Source: Flavobacteriales bacterium
Lineage (GTDB): Bacteria; Bacteroidota; Bacteroidia; Flavobacteriales_E; Vicingaceae
DNA: 64,000 bases
Direction of reading: 5' to 3'
NCBI GenBank assembly: GCA_034112225.1
Contig: JAWUVT010000077.1
Coordinates: 7,616-71,615 of the forward strand
Under the pieces are notes generated by a model, which worked only from the letters and a program-made list of their open reading frames with translations, made no database searches and had not been told where the DNA came from. The first letter of the stretch is position 1, and each line of letters begins with the position of its first letter. The translations under genes and the position numbers were made by a program. This document shows positions 37,738 to 47,042 of this stretch, piece after piece.

Positions 37738-37911
37738 AATTATTAAATTATTGCGTTTTGTGCAATAAAAATAAAACAATTCTCCGGATTACCGAATTTT
37801 ACACCGTTTATTGACGACCTTCAATATAAAGCTCTGCAACAAATCTATGCTATAAAATAAGTTTTTGAAAAAAGAAAAGAGACACTTATAAACTAATAAA
37901 TGTTAATAAAC

Positions 37912-38622
37912 CTAAAAATTAGGTTTGAGTAGATAATTGGTATAAAAATCATCAATGCTTTTTACCGCGTCATCCACATTATCAACTAATGTAAATAAGT
38001 CTAGGTCTTTTGGGCTAATATTATTTTCTTTTCCCAATACCACATCCTGAATCCAATCCACCAATCCACCCCAATAATCTTTGCCTACGAGCACAATAGG
38101 GAATTTTCCAATTTTTCCTGTTTGAATTAAGGTTAACGCTTCAAATAATTCATCAAAAGTTCCAAAACCACCTGGCAGAGCTATAAATCCTTGTGAATAC
38201 TTCATGAACATTACTTTCCTTACAAAGAAATAATCAAAATTAATGAGTTTATCCGAATCAATATATTTATTATTAAATTGCTCAAAAGGTAATTCAATAT
38301 TTAAACCTGCAGATCTTCCTCCAGCTTCAAATGCTCCTTTATTTGCTGCCTCCATAATTCCTGGTCCACCACCAGAGATAACTCCATATCCTTTTTCAGC
38401 TAATTTGGCAGCAATTTCTTCTGCCATATTAAAATAACGATTATCCGCAGCAGTTCTTGCAGATCCAAAAATAGATACACATGGTCCTATTTTTGCCATT
38501 TTATCGAATCCTTCAACAAATTCGGCCATGACTTTAAAAATGATCCAAGAATCATTAGACTTAATTTCGTTCCAGTCTCTTTTTTTAAACTTTTTTTGAA
38601 TCCTCTTATCGTCTTTCTTCAT
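37912..38622 (-). CDS. LOG-family protein (TIGR00730-type nucleotide phosphoribohydrolase, formerly called lysine decarboxylase-like)
   Basis: Signature motifs GGGPGIMEAANKGA and PGGFGTFDELFE. Confidence 0.88.
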   Translation of the reverse strand: MKKDDKRIQKKFKKRDWNEIKSNDSWIIFKVMAEFVEGFDKMAKIGPCVSIFGSARTAADNRYFNMAEEIAAKLAEKGYGVISGGGPGIMEAANKGAFEAGGRSAGLNIELPFEQFNNKYIDSDKLINFDYFFVRKVMFMKYSQGFIALPGGFGTFDELFEALTLIQTGKIGKFPIVLVGKDYWGGLVDWIQDVVLGKENNISPKDLDLFTLVDNVDDAVKSIDDFYTNYLLKPNF

Positions 38623-38628
38623 ATCCCT

Positions 38629-41460
38629 TTATTTTAATTCGGCTAACAAATATTTTGCTGTATAACTCTCTGTATTACGAATTATTTGCTCTGGGGTTCC
38701 TTCAACGATAATTTTACCTCCATTTAATCCTGCATCTGGACCAACATCAACAATATGATCAGCCACTTTAATAATATCCATATTGTGCTCGATTATTAAC
38801 ACCGTATTTCCTAAATCGACGAGACGATCGATTACTTCTAAAAATATCTTTATATCCTCAAAGTGAAGTCCTGTTGATGGTTCGTCTAAAATGTAAAAGG
38901 TTTTTCCTGTCTGCTTTTTTGCTAATTCTGTAGCGAGTTTCACGCGCTGGGCTTCTCCTCCGGATAAAGTTGTTGAAGGTTGTCCTAACTTGATATACCC
39001 TAGCCCAACGTCCTTTAAACTTTTTATTTTTCTGATTATTTCAGGTATATTTTCAAAAAAATCAACAGCTTGGTCTATGGTGAGGTTTAGTACATCACTA
39101 ATAGATTTACCTTTGTAACGGACTTCTAGTGTTTCTCTATTGTATCTTTTAGAGTTACAATCGGTACAGGTGACATAAACATCTGGTAAAAAATTCATTT
39201 CAATGGTTTTTACCCCTGCGCCTTTACAAATTTCACACCTGCCTCCTTTAACATTAAAGGAAAATCTACCTGGCTTATACCCTCTTATTTTCGCTTCTGG
39301 CAAATTGCTAAAAAGTGTCCTTACATCGGTAAATACACTGGTGTAAGTTGCTGGATTTGACCTAGGGGTTCTGCCAATTGGGGATTGATCTATGTCAATT
39401 ATTTTATCAATATGTTCTAAGCCTTTAATTGATTGATAAGGCAAAGGTTTTTTTACTGCTTTATAAATATATTGGTTAAGAATTGGATATAATGTTTCAT
39501 TAATGAGTGTTGATTTGCCACTGCCAGAAACTCCAGTAACGCAGGTCAACTTACCTAATGGTATTTTAAGGGTAATGTTTTTAAGATTATTACCTGTAGC
39601 TCCTTTAAGTTCAATAAAATCTCCATTTCCTTTTCTACGTTTTTTAGGAATTGCTATCTCAATTTTCCCACTTAAAAAATGAGCTGTTTCTGTATTCTTT
39701 TTAATAAACATTTTTGGTTCTCCTTGAGACACTACTTCACCACCATGATGGCCCGCTTTTGGTCCAATGTCTATAATATAATCTGATGCCAACATAATTT
39801 CTTTGTCGTGTTCCACCACAATCACAGAGTTACCAACATCTCTCAACTCTTTTAAAGAGGCTATTAGTTTTTGATTGTCTCTTTGATGTAAACCGATACT
39901 AGGCTCATCTAATATATACAGGACATTAACCAATTGAGAACCAATTTGTGTGGCCAATCTAATTCGTTGTGCTTCTCCTCCAGAAAGTGTTCTTGAACTT
40001 CTGTTTAAAGAGAGATAAGTTAATCCTACATCCAATAAAAATTGAATTCTTGTATTAATTTCTTTTAGAATTTCTTTGGCAATTATTTTTTGGTTTTTAG
40101 CGAGTTTTGGTTCTAAATTAGTAGTCCACTCCATCAATTTTTCCAAATCCATATGCGCAATTTCTGCAATTGATTGATTATCAATTTTAAAATACATCGC
40201 TTGTTTTTTAAGCCTACTTCCGTCACAGGTTGTGCAAGTCACCTTGTTCATAAAGTTGTTTGCCCAACGTCCAATAGATTTTGTCTTATTTTCTTCAAAT
40301 TGTCTAATTATAATATTTACAATCCCTTCGAATTCAACATTATAATCAGACTTAACTCCTGCAATATTTTGTTCAACAAGAATAGTTTCAGAAGATCCAT
40401 TTAACAAACAATCTATCGCATCTTCATTAATTTCTTTTATAGGAGTACTGAGCGTAAATCCAAAGTTTTTACCAATTGCTTCAATTTGTTTAAAAGTCCA
40501 ATTATTTTTATACTCCCCCAGAGGCACTATCCCCCCTTTTTTTATAGACAAGTCCGAATTGGGAATAATTTTATCCATATCAATTTCGGAAACAACACCT
40601 AAACCATTGCATTTTTTACACGCACCATAAGGGGAGTTGAATGAGAATAAATTAGGAGCAGGATCATCGTAAGAAATCCCAGTGGATGGACACATTAAAT
40701 TCTTACTTAATAGAGAGTACTGATTGGTCTCTACATCAAAAACCATTAAAGAACCTTTACCATGTTTCATCGCTAAATTAACCGCATCAGAAATTCGCTT
40801 TTTATCTTCCTTTTTAACTTTAATTTGATCTATAACAATTTCAATATCATGGGTCTTGTAACGATCGAGTTTCATTTTAGGCGTAATGTTTACTAATTCG
40901 CCATTCACCCTAACTTTTACAAAACCTTGTTTAGATATTTGATGAAACAAATCTTGATAATGCCCTTTACGACCTTTCACAACGGGAGCTAAAACAATCA
41001 ATTTTTTATTTGTGTATTGTTCTATAATTAAATCTACAATTTGAGAAACTGTATACTTCACCATTTTCTCTCCTGTATTATAGGAATAAGCATCGGAAGC
41101 TCTTGCAAATAATAACCTAAAAAAATCGTAAACTTCAGTTATCGTTCCAACGGTAGATCTTGGATTTTTACTGATTGTTTTTTGTTCGATAGCAATAACA
41201 GGGCTTAAACCTGTTATTTTATCTACATCAGGTCTTTCCATTGTTCCTAGAAAATTTCTAGCGTAAGCCGAAAAAGTTTCTAAGTATCTTCGTTGACCTT
41301 CTGCATAAATGGTATCAAAAGCTAAAGAAGACTTTCCACTCCCACTTACACCAGTCATTACCACCAATTTATTACGGGGTATATTTACAGAGATATTTTT
41401 TAGGTTATGAACTCTAGAACCTATTACCTGAATGTAGTCTTCTTCTTTATCATTAATCAT
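38629..41460 (-). CDS. uvrA: Excinuclease ABC subunit A
   Basis: Two ABC ATPase modules ([23 protein letters not shown]; [13 protein letters not shown]; two LSGGEAQR signatures). Zinc-finger cysteine clusters (CKKCNGLG; CEICKGAG). 943 aa. Confidence 0.97.
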   Translation of the reverse strand: MINDKEEDYIQVIGSRVHNLKNISVNIPRNKLVVMTGVSGSGKSSLAFDTIYAEGQRRYLETFSAYARNFLGTMERPDVDKITGLSPVIAIEQKTISKNPRSTVGTITEVYDFFRLLFARASDAYSYNTGEKMVKYTVSQIVDLIIEQYTNKKLIVLAPVVKGRKGHYQDLFHQISKQGFVKVRVNGELVNITPKMKLDRYKTHDIEIVIDQIKVKKEDKKRISDAVNLAMKHGKGSLMVFDVETNQYSLLSKNLMCPSTGISYDDPAPNLFSFNSPYGACKKCNGLGVVSEIDMDKIIPNSDLSIKKGGIVPLGEYKNNWTFKQIEAIGKNFGFTLSTPIKEINEDAIDCLLNGSSETILVEQNIAGVKSDYNVEFEGIVNIIIRQFEENKTKSIGRWANNFMNKVTCTTCDGSRLKKQAMYFKIDNQSIAEIAHMDLEKLMEWTTNLEPKLAKNQKIIAKEILKEINTRIQFLLDVGLTYLSLNRSSRTLSGGEAQRIRLATQIGSQLVNVLYILDEPSIGLHQRDNQKLIASLKELRDVGNSVIVVEHDKEIMLASDYIIDIGPKAGHHGGEVVSQGEPKMFIKKNTETAHFLSGKIEIAIPKKRRKGNGDFIELKGATGNNLKNITLKIPLGKLTCVTGVSGSGKSTLINETLYPILNQYIYKAVKKPLPYQSIKGLEHIDKIIDIDQSPIGRTPRSNPATYTSVFTDVRTLFSNLPEAKIRGYKPGRFSFNVKGGRCEICKGAGVKTIEMNFLPDVYVTCTDCNSKRYNRETLEVRYKGKSISDVLNLTIDQAVDFFENIPEIIRKIKSLKDVGLGYIKLGQPSTTLSGGEAQRVKLATELAKKQTGKTFYILDEPSTGLHFEDIKIFLEVIDRLVDLGNTVLIIEHNMDIIKVADHIVDVGPDAGLNGGKIIVEGTPEQIIRNTESYTAKYLLAELK

Positions 41461-42553
41461 TAGTAGACTTGTTGGAATTTTTTTGAGCTATTGAAAATAA
41501 AACAGTAAAAACGAGAATAAAGTAAGTGGCAAAAATAAGGGTATACCAATGACTCCATACTTTAATGCCTATAATAATGAATACTGCAATTGCAGAAGAT
41601 GCTATTGCTATCAAGGCAATTATAGTAGTAACTTGCTTTTCAGAAAAACCTAAATAAGCCAAATGATGAGTGGTATGATCTTTTCCACCAATAAAAGGAG
41701 AATTTCCTTTACTCAATCGTTTAATGGTAACAGTAGTAGTATCAATAATCGGAACAATAAAACATAATAATGGAATTAAGAGCTGACGAGAAATTGAAAA
41801 TCCATCTGTAGTTGAAGGATTCCAAAGGTAAACAATACTTAAAGCGGCCAATAAAACACCTAAATATTGACTCCCGGTGTCTCCCATGTACATCTTTGCA
41901 GGATGCCAATTAAAACACAAGAAACCTAACAAAGAAGCAATTAAACCCAAAACAATTGTTGTTCCTATACTTGTTATATCATTATTATTTATCATCAATA
42001 CTAAAATGGTAAAACATACGACTAAAGAAACCGTAGTAGTAATTCCATCCATATTATCTAACATATTAATAGAGTTCATTAATGCCACTACCCAAAGAAT
42101 TGTTAGTAGGTAATTTAACAAATCACTATCAAATAGCTCAATATAAGTTCCTGAATAGATTAATATTATCCCACATAAAACTTGAGTTAAAAACTTTAAC
42201 ACAGGTCTTGTATTGTAGGCATCATCAGAGAGTCCCATTAAAAAACCTAAGGCTGTTGCGCCAACAATTCCAGTAAATTTAAAATCAATACTCCTCCCTT
42301 CATAGGAGAAAATAAAAGAATGAAAAATTATGGATAATAAAAAAATGATAAAAAAGGTTAAACCTCCCAATGCAGGTTTAACCTCAGAACTCCATCTAAT
42401 AGTTGATTCACCTACATTCCTAATACCAAGTGTTTTTACAAACCTCAACATGATATTATTAATAATGATAGAGAATAATAATGCGCCCAAAAAGAACAAG
42501 AGGTGTTTCCAAGAAATTATTTCCAAATTAAATTGCGTTAAAAGTGAGTTCAA
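41453..42553 (-). CDS. Polyprenyl-phosphate sugar-1-phosphate transferase, MraY/WecA family (glycosyltransferase family 4)
   Basis: About ten TM helices. Signature motifs NMLDNMDGI and MGDTGSQYLG. Its stop overlaps the uvrA start by 8 nt, and its start overlaps the wzc stop by 4 nt. Confidence 0.85.
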   Translation of the reverse strand: MNSLLTQFNLEIISWKHLLFFLGALLFSIIINNIMLRFVKTLGIRNVGESTIRWSSEVKPALGGLTFFIIFLLSIIFHSFIFSYEGRSIDFKFTGIVGATALGFLMGLSDDAYNTRPVLKFLTQVLCGIILIYSGTYIELFDSDLLNYLLTILWVVALMNSINMLDNMDGITTTVSLVVCFTILVLMINNNDITSIGTTIVLGLIASLLGFLCFNWHPAKMYMGDTGSQYLGVLLAALSIVYLWNPSTTDGFSISRQLLIPLLCFIVPIIDTTTVTIKRLSKGNSPFIGGKDHTTHHLAYLGFSEKQVTTIIALIAIASSAIAVFIIIGIKVWSHWYTLIFATYFILVFTVLFSIAQKNSNKSTND

Positions 42554-44973
42554 TCATTTTTTTCAAAAAGCCTAACCAATAAATTTGATTTTTCAACGGG
42601 TTCATCCTCGTAATAGCCACCATATCCATACTGTCCATATCCATATCCTCCTCCATAACCATAGCCATTACCATAACCATAAGAACCTCCATTTTGTTCA
42701 ACTGCATTTAAAATAATGGATATTTTTTTAATTCCATTATCTAAAATCAATCGATCTACATTCTTAACAAAGTTCTTTTTAGAGTATTCATGTTTGAATA
42801 CATAAATTGGATAATCCGCTTTTTTTAACAATTCCATAGCATCTGATACTAAACCAACGGGTGGATTATCAATGATTACGTAATCATAAATTTCTTTAAG
42901 ATTTGCTATCACCACATCTAATTCTCCATTAATAATAAGTTCAGACGGGTTGGGAGGTATTGGCCCAGAAGTAATAAAATCTAAATTTTCTAATTCACTT
43001 TCCCGGATGCAATCTTCAATTTTCGCACTCTTAATTAAAAGATTACTCATCCCTAAATTATTTTCAACTGCAAAACCGAGGTGTATTTTAGGTTTACGCA
43101 TATCTAAATCTAGAATGATCACTTTTTTACCGGAATAGGCAATAATTCCAGCAATATTAATTGCGCAAAAAGTTTTACCTTCTCCAGAAACTGTAGAAGT
43201 AACTGCTAGTATTTTTTTACCTTTAGAACCATCAATGAATTGTAGATTAGAACGGATAGATCTAAAAGATTCTGCAATAATAGATTTTGGATTTTTATCA
43301 ACAACCAACTGAGAAACAGGAATATCTCTTTTATACTTTGGTATTATGCCTAACACCGTAATATCAGTTAATGAATGCCTTATGATATCATCTATTGAGG
43401 ATATCGTATTTTTAAGAATATATTTTATCACTAACAGGAATAGACTTAGCATTAACCCTAAAGCAAAACCAATCCCTAAAAACATTTTTTTGTTGGGAAA
43501 TATTGGCGCAGTTGGTACAATCGCTCTATCCAAGATAATATGCTCTGATACAAAACCTGCATCAGAAATGGAATATTCCGTTCTTCTTTCCATTAGCATG
43601 GTAAAAAATTTCTCATCAATTGATAAGACACGCTGAAGTCTTGCATATTCTAACTCCTGCTGAGGAACATTTTCAAATTTCTTTTCTAATTCTGCCGTTT
43701 TTTCTATGAACTTATTCTTTTTCAATGCTAATTTCTCTATTGCGGAATTTATACTTTGGAAAAGAATCTTTTTTTGAATTTCAATTTTATGATTTAAAGA
43801 TTTTACAATTTCACTATTCCCTGTTACTTCAAACTGTAAGTTTGCTTTTTGAATTAACATTTCTTTTAAATTCTCAATCAATGAGCGAATGCCTCCTTCG
43901 TACTCCGTACCAGCAAGAATAGGTAACAATTCATAAACTTCTTCTTTGTTTTCTGAAATTGAAGTTTTTATTTCTTTAAGAATAGAGATTTGTAACTCTA
44001 AATCAATTAATTCGTTGCCCAACTGAAGACTTCGCTCAAAATAAGCAGAGGAACGATCTACTGTAGAATAATTAGTACTCTCATGAAATTCTTTTATTTT
44101 ATTTTCGGAAAGTTTTAACTTATTAAAATACCTATCCAATTGGTTATCAATAAATTCTAATGCACTTTTAGACCCCTTACTTCGTTCCTCTATATCATAA
44201 CTCATATACTCAAAAGCCACAGCTGTAACAATGTCAGCAGTTTTTTTTGCATTGAGATTCTCAAAAGAAATATTAATTGTTTTCGCTTCTCGATTTAGAG
44301 GGTAGACAGATAATTTAGGATTTAATTGATTGGTCAGTACTTCATAATTATTTATTTGAAAGAAGAGAGTACCTGACTCTAAAATTTCTCGATTTGCTGC
44401 TTTTTTTAAGGCAACACTCAAAATCACCTTCTTCAATTTTATTTGCTCTTTGGTTTTGAATGTCCCTAATAATTCTTCATTAGAAGTCAATTCAAATTCA
44501 GTATCATTGATATATTTTATAAAAAATTTTTGTCCCAATACCGTTGAATCTATAATTTCATAATCGATAGATATAGGGGCAGATTTATAAAGTTCATTAG
44601 TCAATATCTCTCCTTGATTATAATAACTAACTTCAACAGGAATTCTTTTTAGTGCACGTTTAAATAATAATTTTGATTTTAAAATTTCAACATCTTTTGC
44701 CAATGTATTTTCCTGAATACTTCCAACATTTAAAACTGTACTGGCTTTATTCTCCGAATTTACTTGATAAACTAATCGAGAAGAGTAGATCGGTGCTGTA
44801 TACCGTAAATACAAAAAAGACAGACAGACACACGCAACTGTGATTGCCGCAAATGTAAAAATGTTTTTTTTAAATAAATGAAAAAACAAAACAGGATCCA
44901 TCTCTGTATTTAAAGTAGACGGACTCCTTCCTCTCATTGAACTAACATTATTTGAAGAACCATTTTCTTCCAT
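42550..44973 (-). CDS. wzc: Polysaccharide co-polymerase / tyrosine autokinase (Wzc-like)
   Basis: Wzz-type N-terminal domain with a TM helix, a long coiled-coil periplasmic region and a second TM. BY-kinase Walker A (SGEGKTF). DxD-type Walker A-prime/B stretches (IILDLDMRKP; VIIDNPP). Gly/Tyr-rich C-terminal tail. Confidence 0.88.
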   Translation of the reverse strand: MEENGSSNNVSSMRGRSPSTLNTEMDPVLFFHLFKKNIFTFAAITVACVCLSFLYLRYTAPIYSSRLVYQVNSENKASTVLNVGSIQENTLAKDVEILKSKLLFKRALKRIPVEVSYYNQGEILTNELYKSAPISIDYEIIDSTVLGQKFFIKYINDTEFELTSNEELLGTFKTKEQIKLKKVILSVALKKAANREILESGTLFFQINNYEVLTNQLNPKLSVYPLNREAKTINISFENLNAKKTADIVTAVAFEYMSYDIEERSKGSKSALEFIDNQLDRYFNKLKLSENKIKEFHESTNYSTVDRSSAYFERSLQLGNELIDLELQISILKEIKTSISENKEEVYELLPILAGTEYEGGIRSLIENLKEMLIQKANLQFEVTGNSEIVKSLNHKIEIQKKILFQSINSAIEKLALKKNKFIEKTAELEKKFENVPQQELEYARLQRVLSIDEKFFTMLMERRTEYSISDAGFVSEHIILDRAIVPTAPIFPNKKMFLGIGFALGLMLSLFLLVIKYILKNTISSIDDIIRHSLTDITVLGIIPKYKRDIPVSQLVVDKNPKSIIAESFRSIRSNLQFIDGSKGKKILAVTSTVSGEGKTFCAINIAGIIAYSGKKVIILDLDMRKPKIHLGFAVENNLGMSNLLIKSAKIEDCIRESELENLDFITSGPIPPNPSELIINGELDVVIANLKEIYDYVIIDNPPVGLVSDAMELLKKADYPIYVFKHEYSKKNFVKNVDRLILDNGIKKISIILNAVEQNGGSYGYGNGYGYGGGYGYGQYGYGGYYEDEPVEKSNLLVRLFEKND

Positions 44974-45746
44974 TAGTTAGTACCTATATTTTGAATAACA
45001 ACAAAAAGTGTGATTGCACTTACAATTAAACTAACTACGGGTGCAATCTCTTTCAATACTTTATGGTAGTAGTCTGGCCTTGGTTCAATGTAAACAATAT
45101 CATTGGCTTGCAACACAAAATCAGCCTTTTGAAAGCCCTCAATCGTACTAAAATCAAATAGATAAACCTTAGGATCACTTAGTTTTCCTCTTATCAATTT
45201 AATCCTATATGCTTTTGCTAATTCAGGTAAACCGCCTACAGCAGCCAAAGCTTCAAGCAATTTCATATTATTGTTTGTTAAAGGAATTATTTGTGCTTTA
45301 CTACTTCCTCCAGGAAATACCGTTACTCGTTTATTGATAACCTTTACTTGTACAAATGGCTTTATATAATATTTTTTAAAGAGATTTTCTAACAACTCTT
45401 CAACTTCTAAAATCGTTAACCCTTTTAATTCTACTCTACCGAGTATAGGCAATTTAACATAGCCATCATTTTCAATTAGATAAGAAACAATAGATGAAAA
45501 ATTAGCTCCAGCAGAACCTTCGTTTATTGCTGTATAATCTACCAAAGCGCTACCTTCATTGGTATACAATTTAAATTCAATAATATCGCTAGGGGAAATT
45601 ATATATTTAGAGGACTCACCGGTTGGTGGTGCATCAAAAGGATAATTTTTTCCTGTCTTAAGCATTACATTTGAATTGAAGTTGCAACTTGATAAGGCAA
45701 CTACTAATCCAAAAAACAGGATTTTCTTTATAGTATGTAATTTCAT
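44973..45746 (-). CDS. wza: Polysaccharide export outer-membrane lipoprotein (Wza-like; Poly_export plus SLBB)
   Basis: Lipoprotein signal (VALSSC). Poly_export-like motif YIISPSDIIEFKLY. SLBB-like region (RVTVFPGGSS...GGLPE...VYLFD). 1-nt overlap with wzc. Confidence 0.85.
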   Translation of the reverse strand: MKLHTIKKILFFGLVVALSSCNFNSNVMLKTGKNYPFDAPPTGESSKYIISPSDIIEFKLYTNEGSALVDYTAINEGSAGANFSSIVSYLIENDGYVKLPILGRVELKGLTILEVEELLENLFKKYYIKPFVQVKVINKRVTVFPGGSSKAQIIPLTNNNMKLLEALAAVGGLPELAKAYRIKLIRGKLSDPKVYLFDFSTIEGFQKADFVLQANDIVYIEPRPDYYHKVLKEIAPVVSLIVSAITLFVVIQNIGTN

Positions 45747-45769
45747 CTGTTATTTTAAAATATAGTGGG

Positions 45770-45777
45770 CAAATTTA
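45770..45777 (-). promoter_or_regulatory. Candidate -7 promoter box (TAAATTTG on the minus strand) ahead of wza
   Basis: Exact TAnnTTTG match 24 nt upstream of the wza ATG, in the 66-nt gap after the GT4 gene. Confidence 0.3.
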
Positions 45778-45812
45778 TTAAATAATAGGATAACGAACTA
45801 ACTTATTAATTA

Positions 45813-47042
45813 CTACTTGCCCTTTAATAAACTGATGTAAAGTTTTTTCACATCTCTTACCAATCTCGAATAATGAAATTCTTCCTTCACAAAGTCCCAC
45901 CCCCGTTCGCCCATCTTAATTCTTAATTCTTTATTTTCAACCAATTTTAATATTGCCGTTGAAAACTCTTCTAAATTATTAGTTTCAGTAATAAAGCCTG
46001 TTACATCTTTTAAAACCACATTTTCTACTCCACCAACATTTGTAGTTACTATAGGCTTGTTTGAAGCTTGAGCCTCAATTAAACTAACTGGTGTTCCTTC
46101 ATTTAGTGAGGATAGCGTTATAATATCTAATCCTGCATTCGCCCAATCGATATCTTTTATCCAAGAAGTAAAAGTTACCGTTGCCGATTCTTTCTTGCTT
46201 TTCCATTCTACAAAATCTAATTCAATACGTTTCAGTAATTCAATTAGTTGTTCTTTTTCTTCTCCATCTCCAATAATAAATGCTCTTATTTTTTTAGATG
46301 TTTTTTTTTTAACCTCATGAATGGCATTAACAAATAGTTGATGATTTTTTATAGCCACTAACCTTCCTACAATTCCTATTGCAATTTCATCCTCTTTAAT
46401 TTTATATTCAGCCCTAAAAGAAGCTCTTTTTTCTTCAATATTTTCTTGAAACCGGTCTAAATCAAAGCCCAAAGGGACCACTACTAATTTTTCTTTTTTA
46501 CAAATTTTATGCGCTCTCCAAAGTTCTTCTTTTTGAATGTCACTAATGGCTACAATTTTAGTGGACTTCTTGGCTAATATCCTTTCTATATATTTATATA
46601 AGAGTGTTTTACTAAAACCAAAGTAAGAATGAAACACATGGCCATGAAAAGTATGAACAATTACAGGCACTTTACATTTAGCCGCAGCTAATCTCCCTAA
46701 TGTTCCAGCTTTAGAGGCATGAGTATGAACAATATCTGGCTGGAATTCTTCAATAATTTTTTTTATCTTCTGATAAGCCATTCTATCCTCTTTGAAACTA
46801 ATATTACGTTTCATTTCAGGGATTATTACTGGATTAATCCCTAATTTTTCGAGAATAAACTCCGAACTTTCCTCCTCTTCATATTTTACACCACCAACTA
46901 ATAAGGTTTCAAATTCGGGTGCTAAATATTTAGTTAAATAGGCCGCATTATAGGTAGGGCCGCCTAAATTAAAGCGGTTAATGATACGAAGTACTTTTAT
47001 TTTCTTTTTCTCTTTCACTATTTCTGAATGTATTTTTTCCAC
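45813..47042 (-). CDS. Glycosyltransferase, GT4 family (GT-B fold)
   Basis: C-terminal EGTPVSLIEAQASNKPIVTTNVGG motif (E-x7-E type). N-terminal NRFNLGGP. The 47042 start is a GTG that overlaps asnB by 25 nt. A second in-frame GTG at 47018 overlaps the asnB TAG by 1 nt and may be the real start. Confidence 0.85.
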   Translation of the reverse strand: MEKIHSEIVKEKKKIKVLRIINRFNLGGPTYNAAYLTKYLAPEFETLLVGGVKYEEEESSEFILEKLGINPVIIPEMKRNISFKEDRMAYQKIKKIIEEFQPDIVHTHASKAGTLGRLAAAKCKVPVIVHTFHGHVFHSYFGFSKTLLYKYIERILAKKSTKIVAISDIQKEELWRAHKICKKEKLVVVPLGFDLDRFQENIEEKRASFRAEYKIKEDEIAIGIVGRLVAIKNHQLFVNAIHEVKKKTSKKIRAFIIGDGEEKEQLIELLKRIELDFVEWKSKKESATVTFTSWIKDIDWANAGLDIITLSSLNEGTPVSLIEAQASNKPIVTTNVGGVENVVLKDVTGFITETNNLEEFSTAILKLVENKELRIKMGERGWDFVKEEFHYSRLVRDVKKLYISLLKGK

